Positions 50,900-60,941 of a DNA stretch of 64,000 bases are shown here, piece by piece (positions within the stretch are counted from its first letter, which is position 1; the number at the start of each line of letters is the position of its first letter). The DNA comes from Candidatus Velesiimonas alkalicola (GTDB lineage Bacteria > Omnitrophota > Gorgyraeia > Velesiimonadales > Velesiimonadaceae): positions 6,560 to 70,559 of the forward strand of contig NDHX01000007.1 of assembly GCA_013626165.1 (NCBI GenBank). Reading direction: 5' to 3'. The notes beneath the pieces were generated by a model. It worked only from the letters and a program-made list of their open reading frames with translations, had not been told where the DNA came from and did not search any database. Position numbers and translations under genes: made by a program.

Positions 50900-51501
50900 T
50901 TTTTAAGGCTCTTTATCCCTTCCATAATAATTTCACTTGCACCTTGAAAACTCCCTGCCCCTTTAAGGGTCCCGGTCATTATTGGTTTCCCAAACCAGAC
51001 ACTTACAGGATACAGTCTTATCCATTTCGCACCCACCGGAAGCGCATTATGTGTGCCTTCTAAATACACAGGAACCACAGGCACACCTGCCTTTATTGCA
51101 ATAAGGCCTACTCCTCTTTCAGGCTTCATCAAAGTTCCGTCTGCTGATCTTGTTCCTTCAGGAAATATCACAACACCCCTTCCCTGTCTTAATCTTTTAA
51201 AAAATTCTTTTAATGCACCCACATCAGGTCTCTTGCGGTTTATCGGGAAAGTATTACAACGTTTTATAATCCAGGAAAGAAATTGGACATCAAAAAGCTC
51301 TTTCATTACAAGAAAATTTAATTCCCGTGGACAGGCAACACCAAGCATTACAGGGTCAAGATAACTTGTATGATTACTTGCAAGAATAAATCCACCCGAG
51401 GAGGGGATATTTTGTACCCCGAAAAAGCGGATGCGAAATAATATTTTACAAAGAACACTGCCTAAAACCTTAAAAAAAGCGTACCACAGGTTATGTTTCA
51501 T
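50896..51501 (-). CDS. plsC: 1-acyl-sn-glycerol-3-phosphate acyltransferase
   Basis: NHTSYLD, FPEGTRS. Confidence 0.93.
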   Translation of the reverse strand: MKHNLWYAFFKVLGSVLCKILFRIRFFGVQNIPSSGGFILASNHTSYLDPVMLGVACPRELNFLVMKELFDVQFLSWIIKRCNTFPINRKRPDVGALKEFFKRLRQGRGVVIFPEGTRSADGTLMKPERGVGLIAIKAGVPVVPVYLEGTHNALPVGAKWIRLYPVSVWFGKPIMTGTLKGAGSFQGASEIIMEGIKSLKN

Positions 51502-51556
51502 ATTTGCCTTAAAGAGCGCCCCTTACACTTACCCTAATAGAACAGATAACTGGTAG

Positions 51557-51672
51557 CAAATGCCAGATGTCAAAATCTAAATGTCAAATCAAATCCAAAA
51601 TCCAGATGACAAAAAGTATGACCTGTTGATATCTATTTGACATTTGACATTTGTTATTTTTTTGTCATTTGT
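51557..51672. repeat. Inverted heptamer arrays (AATGTCA/AAATCCA)n...(TTTGACA)n overlapping the cmk 3' end
   Basis: aaatgccagatgtcaaaatctaaatgtcaaatc ... atttgacatttgacatttg..tgtcatttg. Confidence 0.75.
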
Positions 51673-52373
51673 ATCTTGGTGCCAAGGCGCTTGGAATTTA
51701 TGCTCACAGATTTTTTGATATAATCATACAGATATTGCACAACTGATTCTATATCCATATGGGTTGTATCAATCCTTACCGCATCATCCGCCTGTTTTAA
51801 TGGTCCTGTTTTCCTTGAATAGTCACTTTTATCTCTAACGCAGAGTTCTTTCTCAATTTCTTCAACCGTTATAAATGGATTTATTAGTTTTATTTCCTCA
51901 TACCTTCTTAAAACCCTTTTTTTGAGATCCGCATCCAAAAAAAATTTTAAATCGGCGCCAGGACACACAACTGTTCCTGTATCTCTGCCTTCAAGAACAA
52001 CATTCCCGGATTCTGCCATCTGTCTCTGTTTATTAACTAAAATTTCTCTAACTTTAGGAATCCTTGCAATGGACTTAACCTTTGTTGTAAGTTCAGTTGT
52101 TCTTATAACACCTGAAACATTTTCACCATCTGCAAATACAAGAACCCTGCCGTGTTTTTCTTTTTTAAAACTTATCTTCATACCTCCCGCAATAGAAACC
52201 AATGCCTTTTCATCTTCTAAATTAACATTGTCTCTTACCGCCTTAAGTGTGACTGCCCTGTACATAGCGCCTGTGTCCAAATACATAAACCCTAACTTTT
52301 CAGCAAGAATCCTGGCAACAGTGCTTTTACCCGAACCAGCAGGTCCATCTATTGTGATTACTAATCCTGGCAC
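51654..52373 (-). CDS. cmk: Cytidylate kinase
   Basis: IDGPAGSGKST, LDTGAMYRA, EGRDTGT. Confidence 0.97.
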   Translation of the reverse strand: MPGLVITIDGPAGSGKSTVARILAEKLGFMYLDTGAMYRAVTLKAVRDNVNLEDEKALVSIAGGMKISFKKEKHGRVLVFADGENVSGVIRTTELTTKVKSIARIPKVREILVNKQRQMAESGNVVLEGRDTGTVVCPGADLKFFLDADLKKRVLRRYEEIKLINPFITVEEIEKELCVRDKSDYSRKTGPLKQADDAVRIDTTHMDIESVVQYLYDYIKKSVSINSKRLGTKIQMTKK

Positions 52374-52379
52374 TTAATT

Positions 52380-53213
52380 TTAAACTATCCTTTCTCTTTT
52401 ATTTTTTACATCTTCAAAAAACTTATGCAGGCTATCCCATTTGTCTTTTTCTATTATATATTTAATTTTTTGCAAATGCTTCTTAAATTTTTCTAATGAG
52501 TTAAGGATTTCCCTTTTATTCGTAATACAAATATCTCTCCACATAACAGAATCAGCAGATGCTAATCTTGTAGCATTTCTAAAACCGGTTGAAGATATCC
52601 AAGAATCTTTTTCTTTCACAGAAGAAATAAGACAGCAGGCAACAATATGGGGAAGGTGTGAAAACATTGAAACAAGTCTATCATGTTCAGAAGGTCCAAT
52701 CAGTCTTACCCTGCAACCGATAGACTCCCAGAATCCTGAAACTATTTTAAGAAATCTATTGTTTGTCCATTTAACCGGCGTAATAACGCAGACTGAGTCT
52801 TGAAAAATATTGTCCCTTGCAAACTCAACACCGCTTTTTTCCGAACCTGCCATCGGATGACTTCCAATGAATCTTTCTTTCCCCCTTAATTTAGAAATAT
52901 CCCTTAAAATATCGGACTTGGTGCTGGCCACATCAGTAATTATACAGTCAGGATTTAAAGATAAAACCTTTGCCGTATAACCCGGCACCAAACAGGCAGG
53001 CGTAGATATTACTGCAAATTCTGCATCTTTGACACAATCCTCAATGCAGAGTCCGCCTCTATCAATAGCACCTAACTTCATTGCCTTTCGGATTGAACTT
53101 TTTCTTCTTCCAACGGCTATAATCTCTTTTGCAATTCCTTTTTTTTTTAATGCAAGTCCTATAGAACCGCCTATAAGGCCTGCGCCAACTATTAACACTT
53201 TATTAAATCTCAT
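52380..53213 (-). CDS. tyrA: Prephenate/arogenate dehydrogenase
   Basis: GAGLIGGS, DVASTK, HPMAGSE, HD...SHLPH. Confidence 0.94.
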   Translation of the reverse strand: MRFNKVLIVGAGLIGGSIGLALKKKGIAKEIIAVGRRKSSIRKAMKLGAIDRGGLCIEDCVKDAEFAVISTPACLVPGYTAKVLSLNPDCIITDVASTKSDILRDISKLRGKERFIGSHPMAGSEKSGVEFARDNIFQDSVCVITPVKWTNNRFLKIVSGFWESIGCRVRLIGPSEHDRLVSMFSHLPHIVACCLISSVKEKDSWISSTGFRNATRLASADSVMWRDICITNKREILNSLEKFKKHLQKIKYIIEKDKWDSLHKFFEDVKNKRERIV

Positions 53214-53248
53214 TAGACCCTATTCAAGTTCATATTGACCTTTGTAAA

Positions 53249-53318
53249 TGGGGTCAACTCTATTTTCTTCTTTTAATAATACTACATTGGTTTTTTAGAG
53301 AAAATAGAGTTGACCCCA
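53249..53318. mobile_element. 70-bp palindromic MITE/REP-like element, copy 2
   Basis: One mismatch to 27093-27162. Confidence 0.85.
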
Positions 53319-53322
53319 TAGT

Positions 53323-53351
53323 ATTTTATCCTATCAATTATATTACAGCAA
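53323..53351 (-). promoter_or_regulatory. Putative promoter of the tyrA-cmk operon
   Basis: TTGCTG-17bp-TAAAAT. Confidence 0.45.
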
Positions 53352-53425
53352 GCATTTTTTTGCAGGGCCTTGTGCGAGGGGGTTAAAAATAGGCACAGTA
53401 CAAATGGCTCTGGGAGATTTTTTTA

Positions 53426-53455
53426 TTTACAAAAAATTTAAAAATTTGATACAAT
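53426..53455 (+). promoter_or_regulatory. Putative secF promoter
   Basis: TTTACA-18bp-TACAAT with TGn extension. Confidence 0.55.
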
Positions 53456-53461
53456 ACATAT

Positions 53462-53487
53462 CTGGTGCTCTGGTGCATTGGTGCTCT
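53462..53487. repeat. Octamer array in the secF leader
   Basis: ctggtgctctggtgcattggtgctct. Confidence 0.75.
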
Positions 53488-53508
53488 AAGAAAAAATAGG
53501 AGGAAGGT

Positions 53509-54399
53509 ATGTTCAGAATTGTTCCAAAAACGAACATTGATTTTTTAGGGAAAAGAAAGGTGGCATATACATTTTCTTTTCTTCTTCTTTTAACAGGCAT
53601 TGTATCACTTATCTATCATAAGGGGCCAAACTGGGGAATAGAATTCACAGGTGGTTCACTTATGCAGATCCATTTTAATGAGGCAATGGATATCGGTAAA
53701 GCAAGGAGCATACTAAAACAGGCAGGCCTACAGGATGCTTTCTTACAACAGTATGAACGGAACAGAGGTTTAATAATAAGGATTAAGGGCGAAGGCGGGA
53801 ATGTTTCTGATACAATCACAGAGGCACTTAAAAAGAATATCGGTGAAGGAAAATTCAGAGTAGAAAGAACAGAAGAGGTTGGTCCTGTTGTGGGAAAGGC
53901 AATGCAGAGAAAAACACTCATTGCGGTAATAGCTGCCGCAATTGTTCTTACAATGTATATTGCGTTCAGGTTTGACTTTAAATTTGGTGTTGCAGCGACA
54001 ATCGCAACATTTCATGATGTTGTGGCAGTTGTAGGTATATTTTCAATAATGAACAAGGAAATAACCCTGCAGATTGTTGCAGCACTTCTTACACTCGCTG
54101 GATACTCAATGGCAGATACGGTTGTTGTATTTGATAGAATAAGAGAAAATATGAAGGAAAAAAGGAAAGAGGCAAAAGAAAATATTATCAGCATAATGAA
54201 CCTGAGTATAAATGAGATTCTTTCAAGATCACTTATGACATCTATTACAACACTTTTAGCGGTTGGAGCATTGTTTTTCTTAGGCGGTGAAGTAATTCAT
54301 GACTTTACATTTGCACTTCTTATTGGTATAATTATCGGAACTTATTCATCTGTTTTTATTGCATCACCCATAGTTGCAGACTGGCCAAAGAATAGGTAA
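53509..54399 (+). CDS. secF: Protein translocase subunit SecF
   Basis: GIEFTGG, VGP.VG, HDV, GYS..DTVVVFDRIRE, GTYSS.FIA. Confidence 0.96.
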   Translation: MFRIVPKTNIDFLGKRKVAYTFSFLLLLTGIVSLIYHKGPNWGIEFTGGSLMQIHFNEAMDIGKARSILKQAGLQDAFLQQYERNRGLIIRIKGEGGNVSDTITEALKKNIGEGKFRVERTEEVGPVVGKAMQRKTLIAVIAAAIVLTMYIAFRFDFKFGVAATIATFHDVVAVVGIFSIMNKEITLQIVAALLTLAGYSMADTVVVFDRIRENMKEKRKEAKENIISIMNLSINEILSRSLMTSITTLLAVGALFFLGGEVIHDFTFALLIGIIIGTYSSVFIASPIVADWPKNR

Positions 54400-54501
54400 C
54401 AGGTGACTGGTGCTCTGATGCCTGGTGCTCTGGTGCTCTGGTGGCTGGTGCTCTGGTGCTCTGGTGGCTGGTGCTCTGGTGCTCTGGTGGCTGGTGCTCT
54501 G
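54400..54501. repeat. Long octamer/heptamer array (CTGGTGCT / CTGGTGG)
   Basis: About 12 units starting at the secF stop with CAGGTGACTGG flank. Confidence 0.92.
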
Positions 54502-54520
54502 TCCTAGCGGGAGGGTAGAA

Positions 54521-55345
54521 ATGGAAATAGGGGTTATTAGTGAACTAGGCAAGGAAGGGCGATGTTTTGAATATGTCCGACAATTCGGATTAAATGTTTG
54601 CCAGTTGGCAGGCTGGGATATATCTTTGGCTCAGGGTAATGTGGCTGATAATGTTATAAAAACAGCAGACAGAGCAGGTGTGCGTATCTGCGGTTTTTGG
54701 GCTGGATGGCCAGGACCTGCAGAATGGAATTTTAAGACAGGTCCTACAACATTAGGATTGATGCCCAAAAGGTACCGTCAAAAAAGAGTAAAAGTTCTTA
54801 AAAAATGGGCTGATTTTGCCCAACAAGTGGGAAGTCCTTCTATTATTACTCACTGTGGATTTATACCTGAAAATATAACTGATCCAAATTATCAACAGGT
54901 TGTAGATGCTATTAAAGAGGTATCTGAGTATTGTAAAAGAAAAAAATTAGAATTCTGGTTTGAAACAGGGCAGGAAACCCCCGTGGTTTTATTAAGAACC
55001 ATAGAAAGAATTGGTACTGATAACCTTGGAATCAATCTGGATCCTGCCAACCTACTGATGTATGGCAAGGGCAACCCCATAGATGCCCTGTCTGTATTCG
55101 GTAAATATGTCAGAAATATTCATATTAAGGATGGTTTATGTCCGACAGATGGCGAAAATCTTGGCAGAGAAGTCCCTGTGGGTAGTGGTATGGTGCGGTA
55201 CCCTGAGTTTATTTCTAAATTAAAAGAAATAGGGTTTAACAAAGAGCTGATTATTGAGCGTGAAATAGAAGGAGAACAACAAATAAAAGATATACAAAAA
55301 ACTATTAAGGACCTTAAAAAATGGTTGCAGAAAGGAGAGAGATGA
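54521..55345 (+). CDS. Sugar phosphate isomerase/epimerase (xylose isomerase-like TIM barrel)
   Basis: ETGQE, DPAN, H.KD, IERE; SD GGGAGG before MEIGV. Confidence 0.9.
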   Translation: MEIGVISELGKEGRCFEYVRQFGLNVCQLAGWDISLAQGNVADNVIKTADRAGVRICGFWAGWPGPAEWNFKTGPTTLGLMPKRYRQKRVKVLKKWADFAQQVGSPSIITHCGFIPENITDPNYQQVVDAIKEVSEYCKRKKLEFWFETGQETPVVLLRTIERIGTDNLGINLDPANLLMYGKGNPIDALSVFGKYVRNIHIKDGLCPTDGENLGREVPVGSGMVRYPEFISKLKEIGFNKELIIEREIEGEQQIKDIQKTIKDLKKWLQKGER

Positions 55346-56184
55346 AAAAATCTATTAATCAGTGGGCGTTTCCAAAGACACAGGTATTGGAAAAAAGTCT
55401 TGAGGTTGCAAAAGATTCAGGTTTTTCTGCAATTGAGGTTTGTTTCGGAGAAGATGAATGGATTACACAGGACACAAAACTTTCAGATGTAGAAATCTTA
55501 AGAAAAAAAATAGAGTCTCATCACTTAAAAATATCAAGCCTTGCCTCGGGGCTGTTCTGGAAATATGCCCTTACATCAGATTCTCTTAAAGTTTCTCAAA
55601 AAGCATCAGATATTATCCGTTCAATGCTTAAAGCGGGCAGTATATTGGGTGTAGATACTATACTTGTAATCCCCGGCTGGGTTTCTGTGCCATGGGTTCC
55701 TGATGCAGAAATAGTTGATTATAAAACAGCACATAAAAGGGCATCGGAATCATTAAAAGTTCTTTCATCTGATGCAGAAAAAGAAAAGGTATGTATAGGA
55801 ATTGAAAATGTATGGAACAGGATGTTATTAAGTCCCCTTGAGATGGCAGAGTTTATAGACAAAATCGGCAGTCCCTATGTGGGCGCATATTTTGATATAG
55901 GCAATGTTGTCTATAGCGGGCATCCCCAGCACTGGATAGATATACTGGGGCATAGAATAAAAAAGGTTCATTTTAAGGATTATAAAAATTCTATAGGCAC
56001 ACTTGATGGGTTTGTTCCTCTTTTGTATGGAGATGTTAACTGGAAGGAAGTAATGAAGGCATTGAGGGGTGTTGGGTATGATTCATATTGTGTGGCAGAA
56101 TTTTTCCCTAAACCCGAATTTGCCGAGTGTTTAATAAAACAAGTCTCTATGGCTATGGACAAAATTCTGGAGGTGGAAAAATGA
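55342..56184 (+). CDS. Sugar phosphate isomerase/epimerase (xylose isomerase-like TIM barrel)
   Basis: ENVWN, FD.GN, HFKD, AE. Confidence 0.9.
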   Translation: MKKSINQWAFPKTQVLEKSLEVAKDSGFSAIEVCFGEDEWITQDTKLSDVEILRKKIESHHLKISSLASGLFWKYALTSDSLKVSQKASDIIRSMLKAGSILGVDTILVIPGWVSVPWVPDAEIVDYKTAHKRASESLKVLSSDAEKEKVCIGIENVWNRMLLSPLEMAEFIDKIGSPYVGAYFDIGNVVYSGHPQHWIDILGHRIKKVHFKDYKNSIGTLDGFVPLLYGDVNWKEVMKALRGVGYDSYCVAEFFPKPEFAECLIKQVSMAMDKILEVEK

Positions 56185-57215
56185 TAAATGTTGGACTAAT
56201 AGGTTTTGGATTTATGGGCAGGGTTCATTATTCCTGTTATGGAAACTTAAAAAATGCCAGAGTAGTTTCAGTATGCGACAAAGATATTAAAAGATTAAAG
56301 GGCACTGAAAGTGTTCAGGGAAATATTGAAACAGGACAAAATGTTGTTAACCTTTCTGGTGTAAAAACCACTATAAACCCAAATAATATCTTTAAAGATT
56401 CAAGTATTCAGATGGTGGATTTGTCCTGCCCTACTTTTCTTCACTGTAAACACACAGTAAAAGCGGCTGAATCGGGTAAGAATGTGCTTTGTGAGAAACC
56501 TATGGCAAGAAATGTAAAAGAAGCGCAAAGGATGATAGATGCCTGTAAGGCTAATAATGTAAAGATTATGGTGGCACATGTATTAAGATTTTGGCCTGAA
56601 TATCTTTTTTTGAAAGACGCAGTTCATAGCAGGGGGTTCGGCACATTGCTTTCAGTAGTATTCACAAGGCTTGGAAGTACTCCAAGATGGAGCTGGAAGA
56701 ACTGGATACTAAATCCAAAACTTGGTGGAGAAGCAATCCTTGATTTTCATATACATGATGTTGATACCGCGCTGTGGTTATTGGGCAATCCTTCATCTGT
56801 TTTTGCACAGGGTAAAGTAAAAGAATCTATAGGAGAGGGCATAAATTATGTTGTTGCACATTATCTTTATTCAAACGGTCCTGTCTGCACATTAGAAGGA
56901 GGATGGATTACAGAAGGCGGATACCCGTTCACAATGGCTTTTTTAGCGACATTTGAAAATGCGGTTCTTATGTATAACTGTAATAACAAGCCTACACTTT
57001 GTTTGTATGAAAAGGATAAAGAACCCCGGTATCCTCAAATACCTGTGGTTAACGCATATCAAGCAGAAATAGAATATTTTCTAAATTGCATAGAAACAAA
57101 TAAACAGATAGAAGAGGTCCCACCTGAAACATCCCTTGAAGCAGTAAGAATTGTAAGGCTTGAAAGTTCTGCAATTAAAAAAGGTAAAGTAGTTAAAGTA
57201 AGAAGTATAAAGTAA
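56181..57215 (+). CDS. Gfo/Idh/MocA family oxidoreductase
   Basis: GFGFMG, CEKPMA, D.HIHD.D. Confidence 0.93.
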   Translation: MINVGLIGFGFMGRVHYSCYGNLKNARVVSVCDKDIKRLKGTESVQGNIETGQNVVNLSGVKTTINPNNIFKDSSIQMVDLSCPTFLHCKHTVKAAESGKNVLCEKPMARNVKEAQRMIDACKANNVKIMVAHVLRFWPEYLFLKDAVHSRGFGTLLSVVFTRLGSTPRWSWKNWILNPKLGGEAILDFHIHDVDTALWLLGNPSSVFAQGKVKESIGEGINYVVAHYLYSNGPVCTLEGGWITEGGYPFTMAFLATFENAVLMYNCNNKPTLCLYEKDKEPRYPQIPVVNAYQAEIEYFLNCIETNKQIEEVPPETSLEAVRIVRLESSAIKKGKVVKVRSIK

Positions 57216-57268
57216 GAAGACAGATGCTCTCTGGTAAATTGCTTACTCTTGAATAAAAAGGAGGAGGA

Positions 57269-59425
57269 ATGGATTTGTTATTGTTAGCGCCGGTTGGTTC
57301 AATTATTGCCCTGGGTTTTGCTGCATATTCTGCAGCCAGTATCCTAAAACTTTCAGAGGGGACAGAGCGGATGAAAGAGATTGCCTCTGCTGTCCGAGAA
57401 GGGGCAAAGGCATATCTTAAAAGACAGTACTTCATTGTTTCAATATTTTTTGCAAGTATATTTGTGGCCCTTCTTGTAATGGCAATGTTGGACCTTGTTG
57501 TAATATTTACTCCGTTTGCATTTTTGACAGGAGGATTTTATTCTGGTTTAAGCGGTTTTATAGGAATGACCATAGCAACACAGTCAGGTTCAAGAACAGC
57601 AAACGCAGCCCGTAAAAGTCTTAATTTGGGCTTAAGGGTTGCGTTTTCAAGTGGTACTGTTATGGGACTTACAGTTGTAGGGCTTGGGCTTTTAGATCTT
57701 TCTATCTGGTATTATTTTTTAAACTGGTATTACAGTGTCTATCCCTTACCGGGCGGTGTTGCTGATAAGATAGGGGCTATAACATCGGTAATGCTTTCCT
57801 GTGGTATGGGCGCATCTTCAATGGCTCTTTTTGCCCGTGTCGGAGGCGGGATATTTACAAAAGCAGCTGATGTGGGAGCAGACCTTGTGGGCAAAACAGA
57901 AGCAGGAATACCTGAAGATGACCCCAGAAACCCGGCGGTTATAGCAGACAATGTAGGAGACAATGTGGGTGATGTTGCAGGAATGGGTGCTGACCTTTAT
58001 GAATCATATGTGGGTGCAATAGTTTCAACATCTGCACTTGCAGTTGCAGCAGGACTTGGGAAGGGAGGTGTTACAGTTCCTATGACAATTGCAGCCTTAG
58101 GGATTGTTGCTTCTATAATAGGCACATTTTTTGTAAGATCAAAAGAACAGGCAGAACAGGGTGCTCTTCTTGCTGCACTGAGAAGAGGAACATTTACAAG
58201 CGCGATGCTTATTGCAATACTTTCGTTCTTTATTATAAGGTCTGTACTAGGCATGCAGTATATCGGTGTTTATTGGGCAATTCTAATAGGGCTTGTTGCG
58301 GGTGTTCTTATAGGTTTAAGCACAGAGTATTTTACATCTGATAGATATCATCCTACAAAAACAATTGCAGATGCTTCTGTTACAGGTCCTGCAACAGTTA
58401 TCATAGCAGGATTAGGAGTTGGTATGCTTTCAACTGCTATTCCTGTTATTATTGTAGGAATTGCAATACTTTTTTCATATTATCTTCCCATAGTTATTGC
58501 AACAGCAAACGGTGTTGTGTTTTTATCAAATGTCCATCAACTTAATGTGGGCCTTTATGGTGTTGCTGCATCAGCAGTTGGTATGCTTTCAACTCTCGGT
58601 ATAACGCTTGCAACAGATGCATACGGACCTGTTGCAGACAATGCAGGCGGAAATGCACAGATGTCTCATCTTGAACCCGAGGTAAGAAAAAGAACAGATG
58701 CCCTTGATTCACTTGGCAACACAACAGCGGCAACAGGAAAAGGATTTGCAATAGGAAGTGCTGCTCTTACATCGCTTGCGCTTATTGCTGCATACAAAAG
58801 TCAGGTTGAAATAGTCGCAGCAAGGCTTAATATCCATTTAGATATGGCATTAGATTTAAGTATAATAAATCCGAGGGTTATTGCAGGACTTTTTATAGGA
58901 GGTATGCTTCCTTTCTTTTTCTCTTCTCTTACAATGCGGGCAGTTGGTCGTACGGCCCAGGGTATCGTAAAAGAGGTAAGAAGGCAATTCCGAGAAATAC
59001 CTGGAATTATGGAAGGAAGCGCAAAACCGGACTATGCAAGATGTGTAAGAATATCTACTGCTGGGGCACAGAAAGAAATGATAGCGCCATCTATACTTGC
59101 AGTATGCTCTCCTATTGTTGTTGGAATTACAATGGGTATTGAGGCCTTGATAGGATTGCTTACAGGTTCTCTGGTAAGTGGTTTTGTTCTTGCTGTTATG
59201 ATGGCAAATGCAGGCGGTGCGCTGGACAATGCAAAGAAGTACATAGAAGGCGGAAAACACGAGGGGAAGGGGTCATATGCACACAAGGCGGCTGTTGTAG
59301 GAGATACCGTAGGCGACCCATTAAAAGATACATCGGGTCCTTCTTTAAACATACTTCTTAAGCTTATGCCAATAGTATCAATAGTTTTTGCGGGTTTGAT
59401 TTTAAAATATACAATATACCCATAG
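57269..59425 (+). CDS. hppA: Membrane-integral ion-translocating pyrophosphatase, K+-dependent type
   Basis: GGGIFTKAADVGADLVGK.E, DNVGDNVGD, GNTTAA, GDTVGDPLKD. Confidence 0.96.
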   Translation: MDLLLLAPVGSIIALGFAAYSAASILKLSEGTERMKEIASAVREGAKAYLKRQYFIVSIFFASIFVALLVMAMLDLVVIFTPFAFLTGGFYSGLSGFIGMTIATQSGSRTANAARKSLNLGLRVAFSSGTVMGLTVVGLGLLDLSIWYYFLNWYYSVYPLPGGVADKIGAITSVMLSCGMGASSMALFARVGGGIFTKAADVGADLVGKTEAGIPEDDPRNPAVIADNVGDNVGDVAGMGADLYESYVGAIVSTSALAVAAGLGKGGVTVPMTIAALGIVASIIGTFFVRSKEQAEQGALLAALRRGTFTSAMLIAILSFFIIRSVLGMQYIGVYWAILIGLVAGVLIGLSTEYFTSDRYHPTKTIADASVTGPATVIIAGLGVGMLSTAIPVIIVGIAILFSYYLPIVIATANGVVFLSNVHQLNVGLYGVAASAVGMLSTLGITLATDAYGPVADNAGGNAQMSHLEPEVRKRTDALDSLGNTTAATGKGFAIGSAALTSLALIAAYKSQVEIVAARLNIHLDMALDLSIINPRVIAGLFIGGMLPFFFSSLTMRAVGRTAQGIVKEVRRQFREIPGIMEGSAKPDYARCVRISTAGAQKEMIAPSILAVCSPIVVGITMGIEALIGLLTGSLVSGFVLAVMMANAGGALDNAKKYIEGGKHEGKGSYAHKAAVVGDTVGDPLKDTSGPSLNILLKLMPIVSIVFAGLILKYTIYP

Positions 59426-59431
59426 TAGGAT

Positions 59432-59567
59432 AGAGCACCAGTGCACCAGAGCACCAGCGCACCAGAGCACCAGAGCACCAGTGCACCAGAGCACCAGCGC
59501 ACCAGTCACCAGTGCACCATGGCACCAGTCACCAGTGCACCATGGCACCAGTCACCAGAGCACCAGA
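59432..59567. repeat. Longest octamer array (GCACCAGA/T/C), about 17 units with higher-order duplications
   Basis: Repeated 32-bp block, and gcaccatggcaccagtcaccag twice. Confidence 0.92.
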
Positions 59568-59581
59568 GTAGAGAGAGAAGT

Positions 59582-60313
59582 ATGAATATAATAATTGTAA
59601 AGAACAAACAAGAACTTGGCAAGAAAGCGGCAAGTGTCGGAACTCAAATTATAAAAAAAGCAATAAAACAAAGAGGCTATTGCAATGTTATTCTTGCAAC
59701 AGGTCTATCACAGTTTCAAGTGCTTGAAAATTTATTAAAAGAAGATATAAACTGGAATAAAATTGTCGGATTTCATTTGGACGAGTATATAGGTTTGCCT
59801 ATTGCACACCCTGCATCTTTCAGGCTTTATCTCTGGAAAAGGTTTATAAGCAGGTTGCCTTTCCCGTTGAACAATTTTTATTTTATAAATGCAGATGTTA
59901 ATCCTGAAACAGAATGCGCAAGGCTCGGGGAAATAATTAAAAAACATCCCGTAGATGTCGCGTTTATAGGAATCGGAGAAAACGGACACATTGCCTTTAA
60001 TGACCCTCCTGCTGATTTTAAGACAAAAAAACCATATATTGTTGTCCAATTGGACAAAAAATGTAAAATACAGCAATACAAGGAAGGTTGGTTTAAAACT
60101 ATACAAGATGTGCCAGGCAGGGCAATATCTATGTCAGTCCAACACATATTAAAAAGCAAAACAATCATCTGCTGTGCCCCTGATAAGAGAAAGGCAGAGG
60201 TTATAAGGAGTGCGATTAAGGAAAAGATTTCACCAGATTGTCCTGCATCGGCCTTGCAAAAACACCCCGATGTTTATATGTATTTAGACAAAGAATCCGC
60301 AAGCCTTTTGTGA
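59582..60313 (+). CDS. nagB: Glucosamine-6-phosphate deaminase family protein
   Basis: LATG.SQ, FHLDEY, GIGENGHIAFNDP, PAS.L..H. Confidence 0.88.
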   Translation: MNIIIVKNKQELGKKAASVGTQIIKKAIKQRGYCNVILATGLSQFQVLENLLKEDINWNKIVGFHLDEYIGLPIAHPASFRLYLWKRFISRLPFPLNNFYFINADVNPETECARLGEIIKKHPVDVAFIGIGENGHIAFNDPPADFKTKKPYIVVQLDKKCKIQQYKEGWFKTIQDVPGRAISMSVQHILKSKTIICCAPDKRKAEVIRSAIKEKISPDCPASALQKHPDVYMYLDKESASLL

Positions 60314-60315
60314 AA

Positions 60316-60345
60316 TAGGGTCTGCTGAAAAACTCATCAGACCCT
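60316..60345. repeat. 30-bp hairpin element; its last 20 bp recur at 60985-61004
   Basis: TAGGGTCTGCTGAAAAACTCATCAGACCCT is the reverse complement of 3965-3994. Confidence 0.9.
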
Positions 60346-60459
60346 AAAATAATCAATATGTTTTTCTTTGGTGATATAATGGAGAAAGGATCAGTATTAA
60401 AAAAGCCAGAATATCTGGAACAAGCTTACACTCTCGGAATGAATTTAAAGGATTTATAG
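60346..60459 (+). pseudogene. Headless 3' fragment of a flavodoxin / iron-sulfur flavoprotein-like gene
   Basis: KIINMFFFGDIMEKGSVLKKPEYLEQAYTLGMNLKDL*, resembling the typical G.V......L..AY.LG..L C-terminus. Confidence 0.5.
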
Positions 60460-60479
60460 AAAAAGGGGGTAGATTAGAT

Positions 60480-60680
60480 ATGCTAAAAATAGAGGAAATA
60501 GAAGCTACAATTGAATCGCTTTCAGACGATGAATATGCTCGTTTGAGAGAGTGGTTTTATGAAAGGGATTGGAAAAAATGGGATAGACAGATTGAAGTAG
60601 ACTCAGAATCGGGAAATTTGGATTTTCTGATCAAGGAAGCTATTGATGAAAAAAAACAGGGAAATCTCAAGGAACTCTAA
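60480..60680 (+). CDS. Putative antitoxin
   Basis: IE.L..EY..LR.WF.E.DW..WD.QIE.D...G.LD.L..EA; directly precedes the toxin. Confidence 0.8.
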   Translation: MLKIEEIEATIESLSDDEYARLREWFYERDWKKWDRQIEVDSESGNLDFLIKEAIDEKKQGNLKEL

Positions 60681-60941
60681 ATGCATCTAACAATAAACCG
60701 CTTTTGGAAGTGTTTTAAGAATCTTCCTGTTGCCGTTCAAAAGGTATCAAAGAAAAACTTTGAGTTGCTCAAAACGAACCCTTCGCACCCATCCCTCCAT
60801 TTCAAGAAAATTGGTAAGTTTTGGTCAGTACGAGCTGGAATTAATCATAGGGCGCTTGCGATTGAGGATGGTGAAGACTTTATTTGGGTTTGGATTGGCA
60901 CTCATGAAGAATATGAAAGAATGATTAAGGGAATGGGCTAA
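60681..60941 (+). CDS. RelE/ParE/HigB-like toxin
   Basis: FW..F..LP..VQ......LLK.NP.HPSL.FKK...WSVR...RAL...WIG.H.EY. Confidence 0.85.
   Translation: MHLTINRFWKCFKNLPVAVQKVSKKNFELLKTNPSHPSLHFKKIGKFWSVRAGINHRALAIEDGEDFIWVWIGTHEEYERMIKGMG

Noticed and set aside
54400-54501. CTGGTG arrays as Chi sites
   Set aside because: Not GCTGGTGG; tandem, intergenic only and in both orientations, unlike dispersed polar Chi sites
59432-59567. Octamer arrays as a CRISPR or TIGR-like guide array
   Set aside because: Contiguous 7-8 bp units with no unique spacers; no cas or Nop-domain genes in the window
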